Below are positions 41,600 through 53,852 of a DNA stretch of 64,000 bases, piece after piece (within the stretch, counting starts at the first letter, position 1; each line of letters opens with the position of its first letter). Both the position numbers and the translations under genes were made by a program. The stretch spans positions 744,001-808,000 of the forward strand of contig JAYWIR010000007.1 of NCBI GenBank assembly GCA_036172245.1, read 5' to 3'. The DNA is from Raillietiella orientalis. Its lineage: Eukaryota. The notes under the pieces are model-generated. The model did no database searches, was not told the origin of the DNA, and saw nothing but the letters and a program-made list of their open reading frames with translations.

Positions 41600-44000
41600 C
41601 CTGTGCTGACTTTTGAGGGGCAGCTGGATGGTAACCTCTTGTTTAAGTCATAAAACGAACGGAGCACACTGCTGATCCCCGGCAGGTTGCTGCTGTTGCC
41701 AAATCAACGGAAAATTCTCCCGAAATCTCATGTTCCTTCTTCATTGCTCCTCGTTGCACTCGTGTGAGTTCATCCTGTCCAGCAAAGGATGCCATGCCGG
41801 GCGGTTTGCGAAATGCTGCGGATCCCGAGTGAAAGCTGATTTCAAAGGGTTCCTGTTGCGACTCCCCACTGGTCGGAGACGCTGCATGAAGGGATGGAAA
41901 CGGAGTTTCACGAAGGGGAGAAAACGTGGCCACGCACCGAAATCGAGTTTTCCTGTCCATCTTCAACGGCGACTGCGATGGACTTCTGTGTAACGTGCTG
42001 GCGAGCGGCAGCATGCCGTCGGCAAAACTCACAAGGCATCGTGAACGCGTGAATGAACACCGACGAATGGCGAGAAAGAAGAAAAAGAAGCAATTGTGAT
42101 GAGTAAATGTGGGGATAGCAATGCCATCGGGAGCCCAGAAGCTATTTTTTTCAAAGGCCTTCCATGCCTTCCACAAAGGACAGTGAAGTCGTATGACGCT
42201 GCAAAATACCAATGCTGATGGGATACTAACGAATGCTGCCGCAGGGAACATAGAACTCTTGCATATGAGTTTCGGGGCTGCAGCAGGTCTCGGAAATTCG
42301 ATTTCTGCCAAGTAACAGTACTTTAGTGCCACTGATCGATTCGCAGATTCGAACAGCCACTTCGCTGGAATAGAATCTTCCTTGCAAAGCGAAGAATTTG
42401 CAGTTCACCTTGGTGAATGCATCGAGGCTGGGAACCTATGCAGCGTGCTGTCTATCGGGGACTGCCACGAAGGTGGAGGAAGAAGTTCTCGTCAAAGCAC
42501 TCCACGAATGCCTTATTGGAAAATGACGTCATTTAGATCAAGGAAATCTTCCAGTCGTTATCCGTGTCAGGAAAAAGGGCCTGTGCGTAGTGCGTAGGCC
42601 TGCGGAATCTCTAGGTGTACACGTGTGTGTACAGGTTCAAAGGTGATTTGCAAGGAGGTGCCAAGCATCATCCTTCGGTGGAGTTCCTGAAGCCACTCCG
42701 AACTTAGCTCCAATCGGAGCGGGAATAAACACCGACAAAACTCAGTTTGCTGTACATTATTTTGCATTCCTTGCCATCGCTTTTGATTCGTCCTGAGATT
42801 GAAATTCTGCGACGCAGTTTCGGTGTGATTATCTTAACCGATGTTGTCGAAAACGTCAGTGACCACCGTTCATCTTCACGAGGAAAAATAGCAGGATGAG
42901 ATGCCTGCTCATCGGGCAGGTACTCCACAACTCCATCTGATCCTCTCGTTCAGAGGGAGCAATTTTGAAGAAGCAGTTTGTTGACGTTTCATTGCCTTGG
43001 CCAGATTCGTTCCAGTTTATTCAAATCAGATGGATGCTGCTCTATCCGCATTTGAAAATCCACTCCTCAGCCTCCAAAAGCTTCAGGATACGCGAAGCAC
43101 GAAACCCGGAGCATGTTCGGAATCATTTTGACGTGGATGTGTTTGAGTGCACGTCCGACTGTCAATCGACGGCTGAAGAAAACGTCGATAGAGTCATCAG
43201 ACGATCTCATTCTCCTCTTTGCGCGGCACTCGGAAGACAGACAGCCTTCCAGACCTGTGGGGATCCCGTTTTCCAGGAGAACCGCACCAAACGGCCTTCT
43301 GCTGCAGCGGATCCTTCTTCGAGTCACAACCCCTTCCAGTTTCCAACGGCAGAAACCAAACGGTGCTCGTCGCCTCACGAGGTCTCCAGGACGTGTGTGT
43401 TCGAAAGGACGTCTGTCTGTCTTCGCTGCTGCTGCGAAATGGGACTCACGGGTCTCACGGCGACTCCAAGCAGAGAATCTCCAAGTTTTATAAATTCGAC
43501 AGTCATCCGCCGTTTCCGCCGCAATCAGTGACCATGAAATCATCGCCCCGGCAGGCACATATGCGTGCACACTTCACCTGTGCATCGGAAGATCAGCATC
43601 GTCGCGTTGCAAAATTCCGTCTTGTGTTGGAGTGCCTGCCCGATGAGCTTGCGACCAATTTTTCGTTGAGCCATTACTCTGGCAAATCAGGTAGTAAACA
43701 GATGATTTTATCGGAAGGGAGCTTTGTCGGCATGGCCATTCCCGAGCTGGCAGGCTTTCTGCGTGCCTCTCCTTGGCAGTGACTCATCGCTGATAGCAAG
43801 TGCCACGTGATGTTGAGCGTGGTCGAAATGTGCGTTGTTTGCCTCTGGGAAACGCTCAGATGTCTCCGGAAATGCAACGTCAACACAGAGACGAATCCGA
43901 AGGACTGAAACCGGAACCCTCATCTCAAACAGATCTGAGATGACTACCACTGCGTGGGCCCTTCCCATGTCGGGAGAAAGCGTCGCTGGGAGCAGCGGTT
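41600..44000 (-). mobile_element. Decayed LINE ORF2 remnant
   Basis: Weak ordered motifs on minus: AHFDHAQH, RRGTQKACQL, and gcaacgcgacgatgctgatc (YADD-like). Boundaries are approximate. Confidence 0.3.
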
Positions 44001-44899
44001 CTCGTAGATTCGATTCTGTATCGTGTTCTCAAAGGTCGTTTACGATACCCCAGATAATACGTTCATTTATTTATCTATCTGTTATAAGATGACGGAATAC
44101 GTATTCTTGTGTAAAAGAAGCACGGGTTTTCATGGCAGAGCATGACTCACGAAGGCGTGCTTGCATTCATTTTCAAAATCAACAGCAGTTCCTCGAGGAA
44201 AACAAAAAAAAGGAAGGATCCCATTCCACTCGCCTTCCAGTCGCAAAGAACGTTCCCGGATAATCCGGGAAACTCTGCGAAACCCACTATTTCCATTAAA
44301 CAACGTGAGAGCACAACAAATTCAGGAAGCTGAGCACCGTGTCGCGTTTCGAACGCGCGTCTCAAGCGTGTGTTTGCTCCCCGTTTCCACCCTCTCGGCT
44401 TTGTGATCCCAGAAACCAAAAAGCATGATTCCTCCACACGGGTCTGAGCACACGTGGACCGCTTCTTCTACCGCTCTGTCGAGACATCCTCTCTTTGCTT
44501 CTATTCGCACCCCGTCCCCTCCTCTGCAAGAAAGAACGACAGCCTGCCTCGAAACTTTGCCTCCTACCGTCAGTGTCGACCTCCGATCTTTCCTTCCTTA
44601 TGCTTCTGCACCTTTTGGGCTTCCCTCTTGCAGCCACTTTATTGCCGAGCACCGATCAGGCGAGTTTTTTTGGCACATTCTACAGCAGCGGAAACCACCT
44701 CCCGTTCCATCCGGTTTTGCATAGGTTTGAAGCTCCAAGATTCGGAAGCTGATTGCAAGTTACGGACTTGGAGCTGTGAAACGTTGGGTCTTCCGCCCCG
44801 TGGGATCTTTCAGATCACGGACGCGTTTCCGTGATCTCCGGACGGTACCACGGATTCCCAAACGAACACGTCGGGGATGCAGCCTTAGAGCTATGCGGT

Positions 44900-47800
44900 C
44901 CACACCGCCACGTCCGTCACGTCGCTCGGCCATCCGCTCTCGGCACTTCCCGAAAAGCAGCTTGGACCGACTTGTCTCGGACGTGCCTCGGTGCTTGCTT
45001 ATGGCACACACGTATCAGTGGAAGCCGAATGAGTTCGGTTCGGTTCCGACATCCTTCTACCTTCCCTTCTGGATGCAAGATTTGGACGTTAGTGGGATCG
45101 TGGGAGTTGCGCTCCAAGTGCCGGACCCTCAGCTCGAAGATATTGCATGGGAATGGGCAATGCTCCATCCAAACTTCATCGTGTCGGTCATTGGAAGCCG
45201 TGCACCTACCTCAAAACCCAGGCAGAACCGAGAGAGAGTAAGGTTCACAAACAGGGGCCAACCCCTGAAGATCATGAACCACAGTCCAGTGGTGGAACTC
45301 ATGAAGATTACCCTCTTACTGCCAACAGTGTCTGGAGGACAAGGACAACTTCTACAAGTAGGACTTTCGGTGGTCGGAAAAGGATTATGAAGAGCCTATC
45401 TGCCATGACTATGACGTGGTGATGAAGAGATGTCGACAATGGAAGGAGTGTTCTGTATCTTACAACACATTGTTTTTCTCTTCGGTTGGCGTCCTTCTGG
45501 TCATCAGGACTTCCTAAGGACTCCCACTTCTAGCAAGCGATGCCGAAGCAGTGCCCTAATGGTTATTATAATGGAGACAGGACCCCCATTACAACCCATT
45601 TGAACCCATTCTCTATGAGCCCAAGAAGAATGGCCTTTCCAATTAACCCACCCAAGATGCAAGTTTGTTTTGGGTTCCAGGTGCTTTCGGATCTGCAACA
45701 GATCCCACGTCTCGCTCGCCAGACTCATTTAGTACTGGCATTTCACCAAGGTGGACGGACATGCCACTCTGAGCAGAAAGTTTGCGCGCAGCTTCCAGTA
45801 AGAGGCACGGAAAGGTAGAATCTTGGAATTCTTGTGCTGCATACTGTGGACGTCCTGAAAAAACAACGGGAATGTGCCCCGCACGGCAGATACGTGCCAG
45901 ATAGAGGTGGTTCAAGAGCAGCTTCCATCTCCCGCTCCTCACTTTGATTTGAAGCTGTCGCTGTACGGTTTCTGAGGATGATTTCTCTAATGAACGTTCC
46001 AGAAGTTTCGTGCATCTCCAAGCAAGGTAGATCATTGCCTGAGGTGCATTTGTGTATCTTCAGCTATTCCAGGTTGATGCTAGCTCCAAGCGCGCAGAAC
46101 GGTGGAGACGGCTTCGGTTCTCTCCCGTTCGGAAGTGCGGAAAATCCTGGACGAGACGCATGGCGACTGATTGAGTTCCTCGAAGGAGTGCGCGGAAATC
46201 TTGAAGAGAGTGATGCAGTGCAGCGCATCCGTTCCCTCAGGGTTGTTCAGCTTTCTCTGGGGCGCTCCCGTGCCTCCTTACTCCCATCAGTCGTGCGCGA
46301 ATGCGACAGCCAGCGACTCGCATCGAGTGCCCCGACACTGAAGCGGGCGAGGTGCATCGGAAAGCGAAGAGGACACGCAACCCCCGAGTGCGAAGTGTCC
46401 CTCGTGATTGATCGATGAGGTCGTTCCAGATGCAAGAGGAGCTACAGACAGTCTTTGGTGGATCGAAGAGACTGGCTCATTTCCTTGAAAGCGGTCGGGC
46501 GAGTGACTGAGGAATGCACACGGCGGAACGTGTTGTTGGTTCCCTTGTGCAACGTGTTTAAGAATGATGGACCTTTTGGTGGAAAAATCGTCCTTTCGGA
46601 ATAAAGCAGGCCGATCTCTTTTCAGGCTTCACCATTTTCTCGTCCTGCCCCGGGCATGGTGTTACTTCCCAAATCCTCCATGCACACCCACATCGGCTGG
46701 TACCAGTTCTTCTTGGACGTCCATGTTTTCGACGTTTTCTTCACCGGACCGGGAGGATACCCTGATCCATGAGTCCAGTAGGCATCGTGGTCACACTGGA
46801 CGTCAGAGGCGACCATTAGGCGCCTCATTCCCTCGAAGTATCCCTGAGGAATGTCCGATTCTCGCAGCGCCTCTTCATTTCGGGGATGAGACCACCGTTA
46901 GGGTCCTGGCGCTTGCCTGCACCGTGCCTCCGTCGACAGCGAGGTCTTCTCATTCGATCTCCTCGCTTTCTCGAGCACGTCGGGAAGAGTCGAGAGTGCT
47001 CTCGAAGGGGCAGGCAGTGTGCGGGATGGCCGTTCTTTTCCCCTTGCGGATCCGGAAGGAGTCCAGGGGTTAGCTCATTGCCGGAACCCACTTCCCAGCT
47101 TCGCCATCTCCGATCGGTGGAGCGGTATGCCCCACCTCGCCCCGTGCCACAGGCAGCGCGATTGGCGGGGCCTCATCCCTGGTTGCGAGAATTCGGGTGC
47201 TTTGGACCGGGTTGCCACTTCAAGAGAGGCGTCAAATAAAACCTCCCTAGACATCATGGGTCGGACGCGCAGATGATGAGCGACGTGGGCAGAGCCATGG
47301 CACTCACACATCTCCAACCTCCCCCGAACTCGTTAGCGAAAACCTGACGGCCCTGTAAGATGTCAGCGCGAATCCGGAAGGTCACGCAAAAGCAATGCGA
47401 ACTAAGAGCCCAACGATCTGCACCAGAGATGGACTCTTCGCTTCGACAAGACTTGGTATCACAAGCAAGAAGGAGTCTTCATTCTCTATGTCTCTTGCAC
47501 TCTTGGAAGCTCTTTGGCATCTTTAGAGAAAGCAGATGATGAAAAGAAACGAGATACCGAGGGCAGGCTCTCCGTTTCTCGTCCAGGGGAGTTTCAGCGT
47601 AGGGACACTCACTTTAGGACTCTCGAAATCCCGGGAGTGATCCAGGGAACAGTATGGTGTTGAGAGAGCTAAGGATCCCATGGAACGTATCAAAAAGGAG
47701 ACGCTGCGTTCCAACATCCAGCTATCCCGCGATATCAATCGGCAGAAAAACCTCTTGTGCTGTGGGATCGCGGATAGGATGGACGGAACGGCTCCCGGAG

Positions 47801-47900
47801 CCTTGGAACTCCAGTACTGTGCAGTGCCGAACCGTCGGGGCCTCGAAGAAGACTGGCCCTTCCCCGTGGGGAAGAGGGCAAACTCCTAGGTGGCAGGATC
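44900..47900 (+). mobile_element. Decayed LINE (ORF1 knuckle remnant to RT start)
   Basis: RVGHWKPC (about 45180) and INRQKNLLCCGIADRMDGTAPGALELQYCAVPNR (47735-47835; cf. KILAxxLAxRLxxxLPxLIxxDQxCxVPGR). Confidence 0.45.
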
Positions 47901-48049
47901 AGCCTCTCCACGCGCAGTGTACCCATCTGGTCGTAGGGAGTATCGACGGTCTGCGGAGCCTCCGAGGGTTTCGGCCTTCCGCAGGAGGCGCACGAAATCT
48001 TCGAGCAGGCTACACGCGAGGTCGAACACTTTTCGGGAAAACCGCTGAG

Positions 48050-48640
48050 GGACCGCCTTTCCCAAGGGGAAACGCGGCCCTCCGCGCACTCGAAGGGTCT
48101 CATTCCTCCTTCAGCCGCGCATGAGGCATGACGGCCTAGCGAACCAGCTGGTGGCCTGACCTGATCGAACTGGCCACGATAAACGCCTGCACACCTGCCA
48201 CTCCCAACTCTGCTGGGAGAGGGTGGGGTTTCTGGAGTGCTTGGAGGTGGACCGTCTGCAGTCGGGGACCTCTCGTCTCTGGCAGGGTCCTTCCATGACG
48301 CACGGGTCCTGCGTCTGCTCTCGACGGACCGTGCGCAGCGATGCGCACCTTGAAGCTGCCGGAGGACAAACCCTGGATGACCGACTCTCCGGTGACCTCG
48401 CGTTCCTCGACGGCCGCCTGCATCCGCGAGTGGTCGGACTCAGGGTCGAAGTTGAGATCGTTCCTCCCGAGAAGGACCGCGAAATGAATGTCTGGAGGAC
48501 GTCTGAGAGACACCGGAAAGCATGGGATGAACTCCGGAACGTTCTGGAAGGCTGCCCCGTCCACGCAGAGAGAGAGATTGCATGGCTCTGAAGATCCCGA
48601 GCGCCTCTCCCTCGAGTAGGATCCCTTATTCATCTTCTGC
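48050..48640 (-). mobile_element. LINE ORF1 (gag-like) fragment
   Basis: LQKPHPLPAELGVAGVQAFIV...RSGH resembles the L1/Tx1 ORF1 segment preceding the CCHC knuckle. Confidence 0.4.
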
Positions 48641-49129
48641 TGGGCAGGATTCGCCGAAAGGAAGCACCGTGGAGAAGTTCTTTTTCCGGGTCCTTCCTTT
48701 TCGCTTGCCTCGAAGACTGTTGGGAGCGCCTCCAGGTTGCCAGTCTAATCTGGCAAACCCTGTGAGTGATCCCTAATCAATTCGAGGGCCTAAAATTGTG
48801 TTCCACTGAACGGGAGCAGACGCAAGCATCGTTCTGGATGTTGGCCCCTCGTATTGAGACTGTGGAACATCCCCCGGTGCTTCCCTTCAAACTCGTATTC
48901 TGGTGAGGGACGCGAGTAACTTCGAAGGACCTATTCCCATCCGCCACCTCAGGCAAGGGGCGAGGTGGGCGCTACCCCCTCCTCCTGGTTGCGTTGTTGA
49001 TGGAAGAACACGAGTGGACTCAACCTCCCTCCCACCGAACGGGAATGCTTGTCTGCAAAAGCACTGGCCGCCTGGAGATGACCGGAAAACCCAACCCTCC
49101 CCAACAGCAGCGCCATCAAACGCCTAGTG

Positions 49130-49985
49130 AAACGCCACCACGGCCAGAGACTCGACAATGACATCTTGGATGTCCTCGCGTTGCATTACCAAGCCCATCG
49201 GACAGTGTATCGACCGGCGAACGAGGCCATGTCCAAGAGCTGGCTAACGACCTGTAATGGCAGGCAGGCGTCCCTCGGCATTCCCTGTGAAAACTTCGAA
49301 AGTCTTCGTCTCCAGCAAACTGCCATCTTGCTGGTACACTGGACTCTCCCCCGGAACGAGGAGAGTCGCCACACTTCAGGGGATGGAGCGACTAAAGAGT
49401 GCACCCACTGGAGCACTTCTTCACATGCTCCATGAATGCGGAAGGTTGGGTCCAGGGCGGAAACGCATCGCTAAAGCACTTACTTTCCTCGGGACTGGTG
49501 CAAAGCCGTGGTCTCTTCTCCAGGCTTATCGGTTGCATCCCCTCTGGCGATTCCCTTCCACGTGTGAACGGCGGTGGCCGTCGCAACGGAGGCAGGGTGC
49601 GTCCATGGAGCCGTTGGCGGTCGCCGTCGCCTACATGCGGAGCGGACAGAATGGCGCAATCTAGGATGAGATTCACAAGGGTACCCTCGAACGGATGTGG
49701 GTGGGCTAACCTGACGCTGGTAAACGCATGGGATGGATAAGGGGTGTGTTCACCCCCTCCCTACCATCCATTCCCTATGCAACGCAGATCCCCGGAAACC
49801 TCGTTCGTTACTGTGAGACCGATTCATCCCATTCCCCATTTGATTAGATGATTATTCGTCCTAACCCCTCTCCCTCAACTCCTCCCTAGTTTTGTCCTTA
49901 CGTTTCGAGTCAACACACGTCTATCCTTCCCTCAAACTGAAAAAAATTTGTTTATTTACTTTAAATAAGTGACACGTCAGTGTCG
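49130..49985 (+). mobile_element. Diverged LINE 3' fragment
   Basis: LGIPCE...QQTAILLVHWTLPRNE matches QESALLLLHWGLPCN, followed by a pyrimidine-rich UTR. Confidence 0.55.
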
Positions 49986-49989
49986 ATGA

Positions 49990-50450
49990 GAAGGTCACGC
50001 CTTGATCAATAAAATTCCAAAGAATAAAAACAAAAGCAGTGCAGAGCCGGGCGCTAGCAAAGTCCCAAGAATTCTGGAATAGCAGGTGAGGAGCGATCCA
50101 GCTGGCTAGCGAGGCTCAGCTTCGGGAAAGAAGGAGGAGGCGGGAAAGAACAGATAAAGAGATTTTGAAAAAATATATAGGTACCTCCTATCCGGGAGTG
50201 GGAGGCAAGGAAGGCAAGGTCATTGGTGTTTCATTGGGGTCCTCTACATCCTTTGCAGGATGCTGGCAAGTTCCTCCTTCAGTGCCACCTTTGTAGAGCC
50301 ATCCTCCCACTGCCTCAAGAAGTTCATCATGAGGATGGTGCACGCGTCATCTTTGGGCTGCACTCCTCGCCGCGACCCTGTCACAGAGGATGCAGGGAAT
50401 TTCCGCGGCAGGCGGCATCGTGCTGCGCGCGAAGGGACTCTTCAACACTG
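49990..50450 (-). mobile_element. Short LINE 3' end copy, tail-to-tail with the previous copy
   Basis: The minus strand encodes ...ELASILQRM* (50244-50275), then a T-rich UTR and ggcgtgacc end motif (49993-50001). Confidence 0.7.
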
Positions 50451-51039
50451 ACACGTGCTATAAACCTACGTTCATAGCACGTGTCAGTCAAGCAACATCT
50501 GGAAGACGATGTCTCCAGAGCGGCCAGCAGGAACTAAGAGGGTCAGAGAGCGTCGGAGGACAATACAATCCACTAGCACGCGCGGGAAGGATTCCAGTTC
50601 CTTAGCACTTTGCACGTTCCGGGGTCCTCTCGTCCCGGGATGCACCCCCGTTCAGGAGACCCCTGTCGAGGTCCGAGCTCGGTGCCTCGAGCCCGGTGCG
50701 GAGTTTCCTGACCTCGATCTGAAACTCCCCCTTGCTGGACGCTATCCTTAAAGTTCCAGAGCCAAGACCCGCCCGCATGCCGGGGGAAGTGGAGTGGCGC
50801 GACTTGGGATGCGAGAGTCCCTTCAAAGGGGAACAAATCAGGTCGGCCCATTCCCATCCCCTTGTTCTCCCGACGCGGGTCCGAAGTCGTGGTGCTCAGT
50901 AGCGAGAAACCGGTCGAGTCCGTTCCCTGTTTACTTACTTCCCCTCCTCCCTCGTCCTTCGCTCCTCCCTAGTTACGCCTGCAGCGAGGGGCAGACCCTT
51001 TGGTTTCGGGCCCGGCACGCGTCCCTGACTGCCTGAATT

Positions 51040-51700
51040 TTATTTATTTATTTTAAAAATAAATGGCCCGGTGATCCAGGAAAAGAAGGCGGGACCGGGA
51101 AGCTCGTTCGTCACGGAATAAACGCACATGCAGGGAACCGAGTTCCCAGTGGGATTCCGAAGAGATGGGATGTTGTCCTCCAGGCACGTGATTCCTGGAG
51201 AGGGGGGAGACTTGAGTGGCAAGTAGAAGGGAAGGGATAAATAAATAAAAGTGAAAAACGGAAGGGAGGAGAGAGAGGAGTCCCCGGGCTCCAGACTTTC
51301 AGCCTTCACTCCTGGCACGATACGGGCGGCGCCTCCGTTTCCTCCGCCGCTGTTCGATACGGCTGCGGCCTCGTCCGCGCCCGCTCCCCGGAGCGCGGAG
51401 GCGGCTGCTGCCGTGGAGGGGATGGGGGCTTCCTCTCTCGCCTCCGATGGCAGGCTTCCGCGAAATGCTCTGAGCTCCATCTCTGGCAGCGGGTACTCGC
51501 TCCTCCAAGGTCGCGTGACTACCCGCTGCTGGCGAAGGTCCATCCGCCCGATGGAGCTCGCTTGCACCTGTCCCGACGAGGGCACTGCTGTCCCGTGGGA
51601 GACTCGAGACGGATTCCTCCCTCCCCGCAACACGGTTCCACGCCACCCGAGGGCGCGTGTAGTAACTCTTCTAGATAGGAAGTGGTGCTCCGGGAGGGAA
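51040..51700 (-). mobile_element. Internally deleted LINE-derived element (RT fragment, UTR, (TAAA)n tail)
   Basis: Plus-strand tttatttatttatttt at about 51040-51055 is a (TAAA)n tail on minus. LPEMELRAFRGS is an RT subdomain 2-3-like segment, homologous to 6960-7270. Confidence 0.45.
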
Positions 51701-51759
51701 CCGCCCTATGAATCCAGGAAGGGCTCAGAGTCCGTTCCTCTCACGCCCGGGGAGGGATC

Positions 51760-52140
51760 CCCGAAGAGAAATCTCCTCCATTATTCTCTCCGAAGGGACC
51801 CCCGGAGGGGTCCGCTTCATTTTTCTTCTCCGAAGGGAACACGGAAAGGATCCGCTAATAGGAATTTCTTCTTCGGAAGGGCCCCTCGGAAAAGGAACCA
51901 CTCCTTCCCTCTCCTAAAGAGAACCTGAAGGGACGCCTCCGAAATTTCCCCGAAGGGAGCGGCGCGCTTTTCTTCACTCTCTGAAGAGGTGGTGGCGACA
52001 CACCTACTCCATGGTGCGACAAGGAGGGTCCTACCCCCGAAAAGGGTGGGGTCCACTCCTTTGAACAACCGGAAAGTAACTACCCACTCTTTGATTCTGT
52101 TTTCTAAAAGGACCCCGAAGGGTTGACTCCCGATTCCTGC
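51760..52140. repeat. Degenerate tandem array of about 40-bp monomers
   Basis: Repeated ctccgaaggga(c/a)c..cgga(g/a)(g/a)gg.tccgct units at about 51787, 51828, 51870, 51911 and 52103. A related stretch lies at about 7280-7590. Confidence 0.6.
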
Positions 52141-52292
52141 CACTCATCGGGGACATCTGATTTCAATCGCTAACAGTGCCGCATCCCAATAGAGGCCGAC
52201 CAGCGTCATCTTGTAGGAGGAACTCGAACTCACGGCGCACCCCCGCATTTCTCGCCGTTGATTCTTTCCAGGTATTCGAATCCGCGACTGCT

Positions 52293-53540
52293 GATTTATC
52301 ATCCGGTCACACCGGGACGTTCATTATAAAAAACAAGCATATATATATAGGACCATAGGCCCCACAACGTCCGAAAACGCTCGAAACCTGTAGAGTAACC
52401 GGCAAGCAGGCCGGCGAGGTTCGCCTCGGCAGCGGAGGGGGAAGGGGCAAACAAAAAGAAAAAGAAAATCAAAAAATAACACTATATGCAAATAAAATAA
52501 GAGGGTTAGGAAGGTGTCATCCTTTCCAGGATGCCGGCAAGTTCCATCCGAGTATACCCCAGTGGGCCATTTTGCTGCGGGAGCGCGGGAAGCTCAGGAA
52601 GAAGCAGATGGCGTCCCTATCGTGCCGTCCTCCTCTCGCGTGGCTCCAGCCCGCCACAATCCTTCGTAGGCAGCAGCAGAGAGCTGCTGAGGATGCAGCA
52701 GACGAAAGGGCATCGCGCACGAAGAGGCGCTCCATCTCGTCCCTGGTTTTGTCCGTCGGTGCGCCAAGGGTCGTCGCGGGACGCAACCACAGGGGCCGGA
52801 GGGCAACATAGTCTACGAGCAGGTGCGGAAAGGATTCCCGTTCCCCGCACCTGCAACAGTTGGGGTCCACAGCCTCCCGGGCCCAGTGAGAGTGGAGAAC
52901 GTTGCACGGGATACCCCAGTGCAAAAGCAGAAGTGCCGACTCCTGCCATTTCAAGGGGAGGGCCCGGTTGTTCTTCAGCGCTGGGGCCCACTTGAGGTGT
53001 TCCTGTAGAATTCCCAGCAGCTCATCCCAGCGCAATAGTCCTTTCGGTAGGGCACTTGGAGTCGCAGCATTCGTGAGCTGGTCCGTGGTCCAACCACTTA
53101 ATTCCATCGCCCTTCCTCCGATCTCACATCGGACCTTCCATTTGGCTGGCTGGTTACTGCCCAAGTGCTCCCCGAGGGAGGACAGTGCTGCAGCTAGGGA
53201 GGTTTATGGGCCCACGCATACGTGGTGGGCTGCACGATGACGTTCTGCAGTGAGCGGTTGTTGTGGAAAGAGTGCAGCAGTCGCTGAGGCATCTCCATGC
53301 TCGCTTCTTTGTTCTTGACTCATGTGCGAGTGGTTTCCTGCAACCAGGCACTACCGTTCGCGGATCGACAGAAGATCCAGTTGTTGGTCCTGGTCAGCTG
53401 GACCACCCTTCGTAGCTCCAGCCCGCAGTTGCATCGCTCCGTGCCAGGAATGAAGACAGTCCCGCGTAGTTGGTGGCTCGCTTGACCAGGTATCGTGAGG
53501 TCTCTCACCAGTTCATGCTCCAAGGCTCCGCCACTAGTCT
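52293..53540 (-). mobile_element. 5'-truncated LINE copy (D), antisense inside A
   Basis: ORF 52517-53164 (KGLLRWDELLGI...CCRCGERESFPHLLVD) is closely similar to C. 3' motif aatgaacgtcccggtgtgaccggatgataaat. Flanked by CTGCT at 52288-52292 and 53541-53545. Confidence 0.9.
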
Positions 53541-53852
53541 CTGCTCGGTATCCCCCTCGAAGAACCCGTGGCCCCTTCCCTGTGTGCGGACACCTCCGCA
53601 TTCCCGCTTCGTTGATAACGGGATTCCGGTTCGAGACACCTGGTTCCCGGGGAGTCGCTTCCCCGAACTGTTCCGGGTGTGGGGCGGTGGAATCCTTCCC
53701 GCACCTCCTTCCTGCTGGACCGTGCTGCGTCGGAGGATATGTGGCGGGGACTCCCTTCGGCGCTTCGCCACCCGGAAGATTCCCCCCCCCCCCCGACTTC
53801 GGACTTGCGGACGCTTCTTAATGCAAAGCGGGCTGGTCGCGGGCGCTGTGAT

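Noticed and set aside
48136..48633. SGNH esterase (VLLGRNDL)
   Set aside because: Only a single short motif matches, and the rest better resembles a gag-like LINE ORF1.
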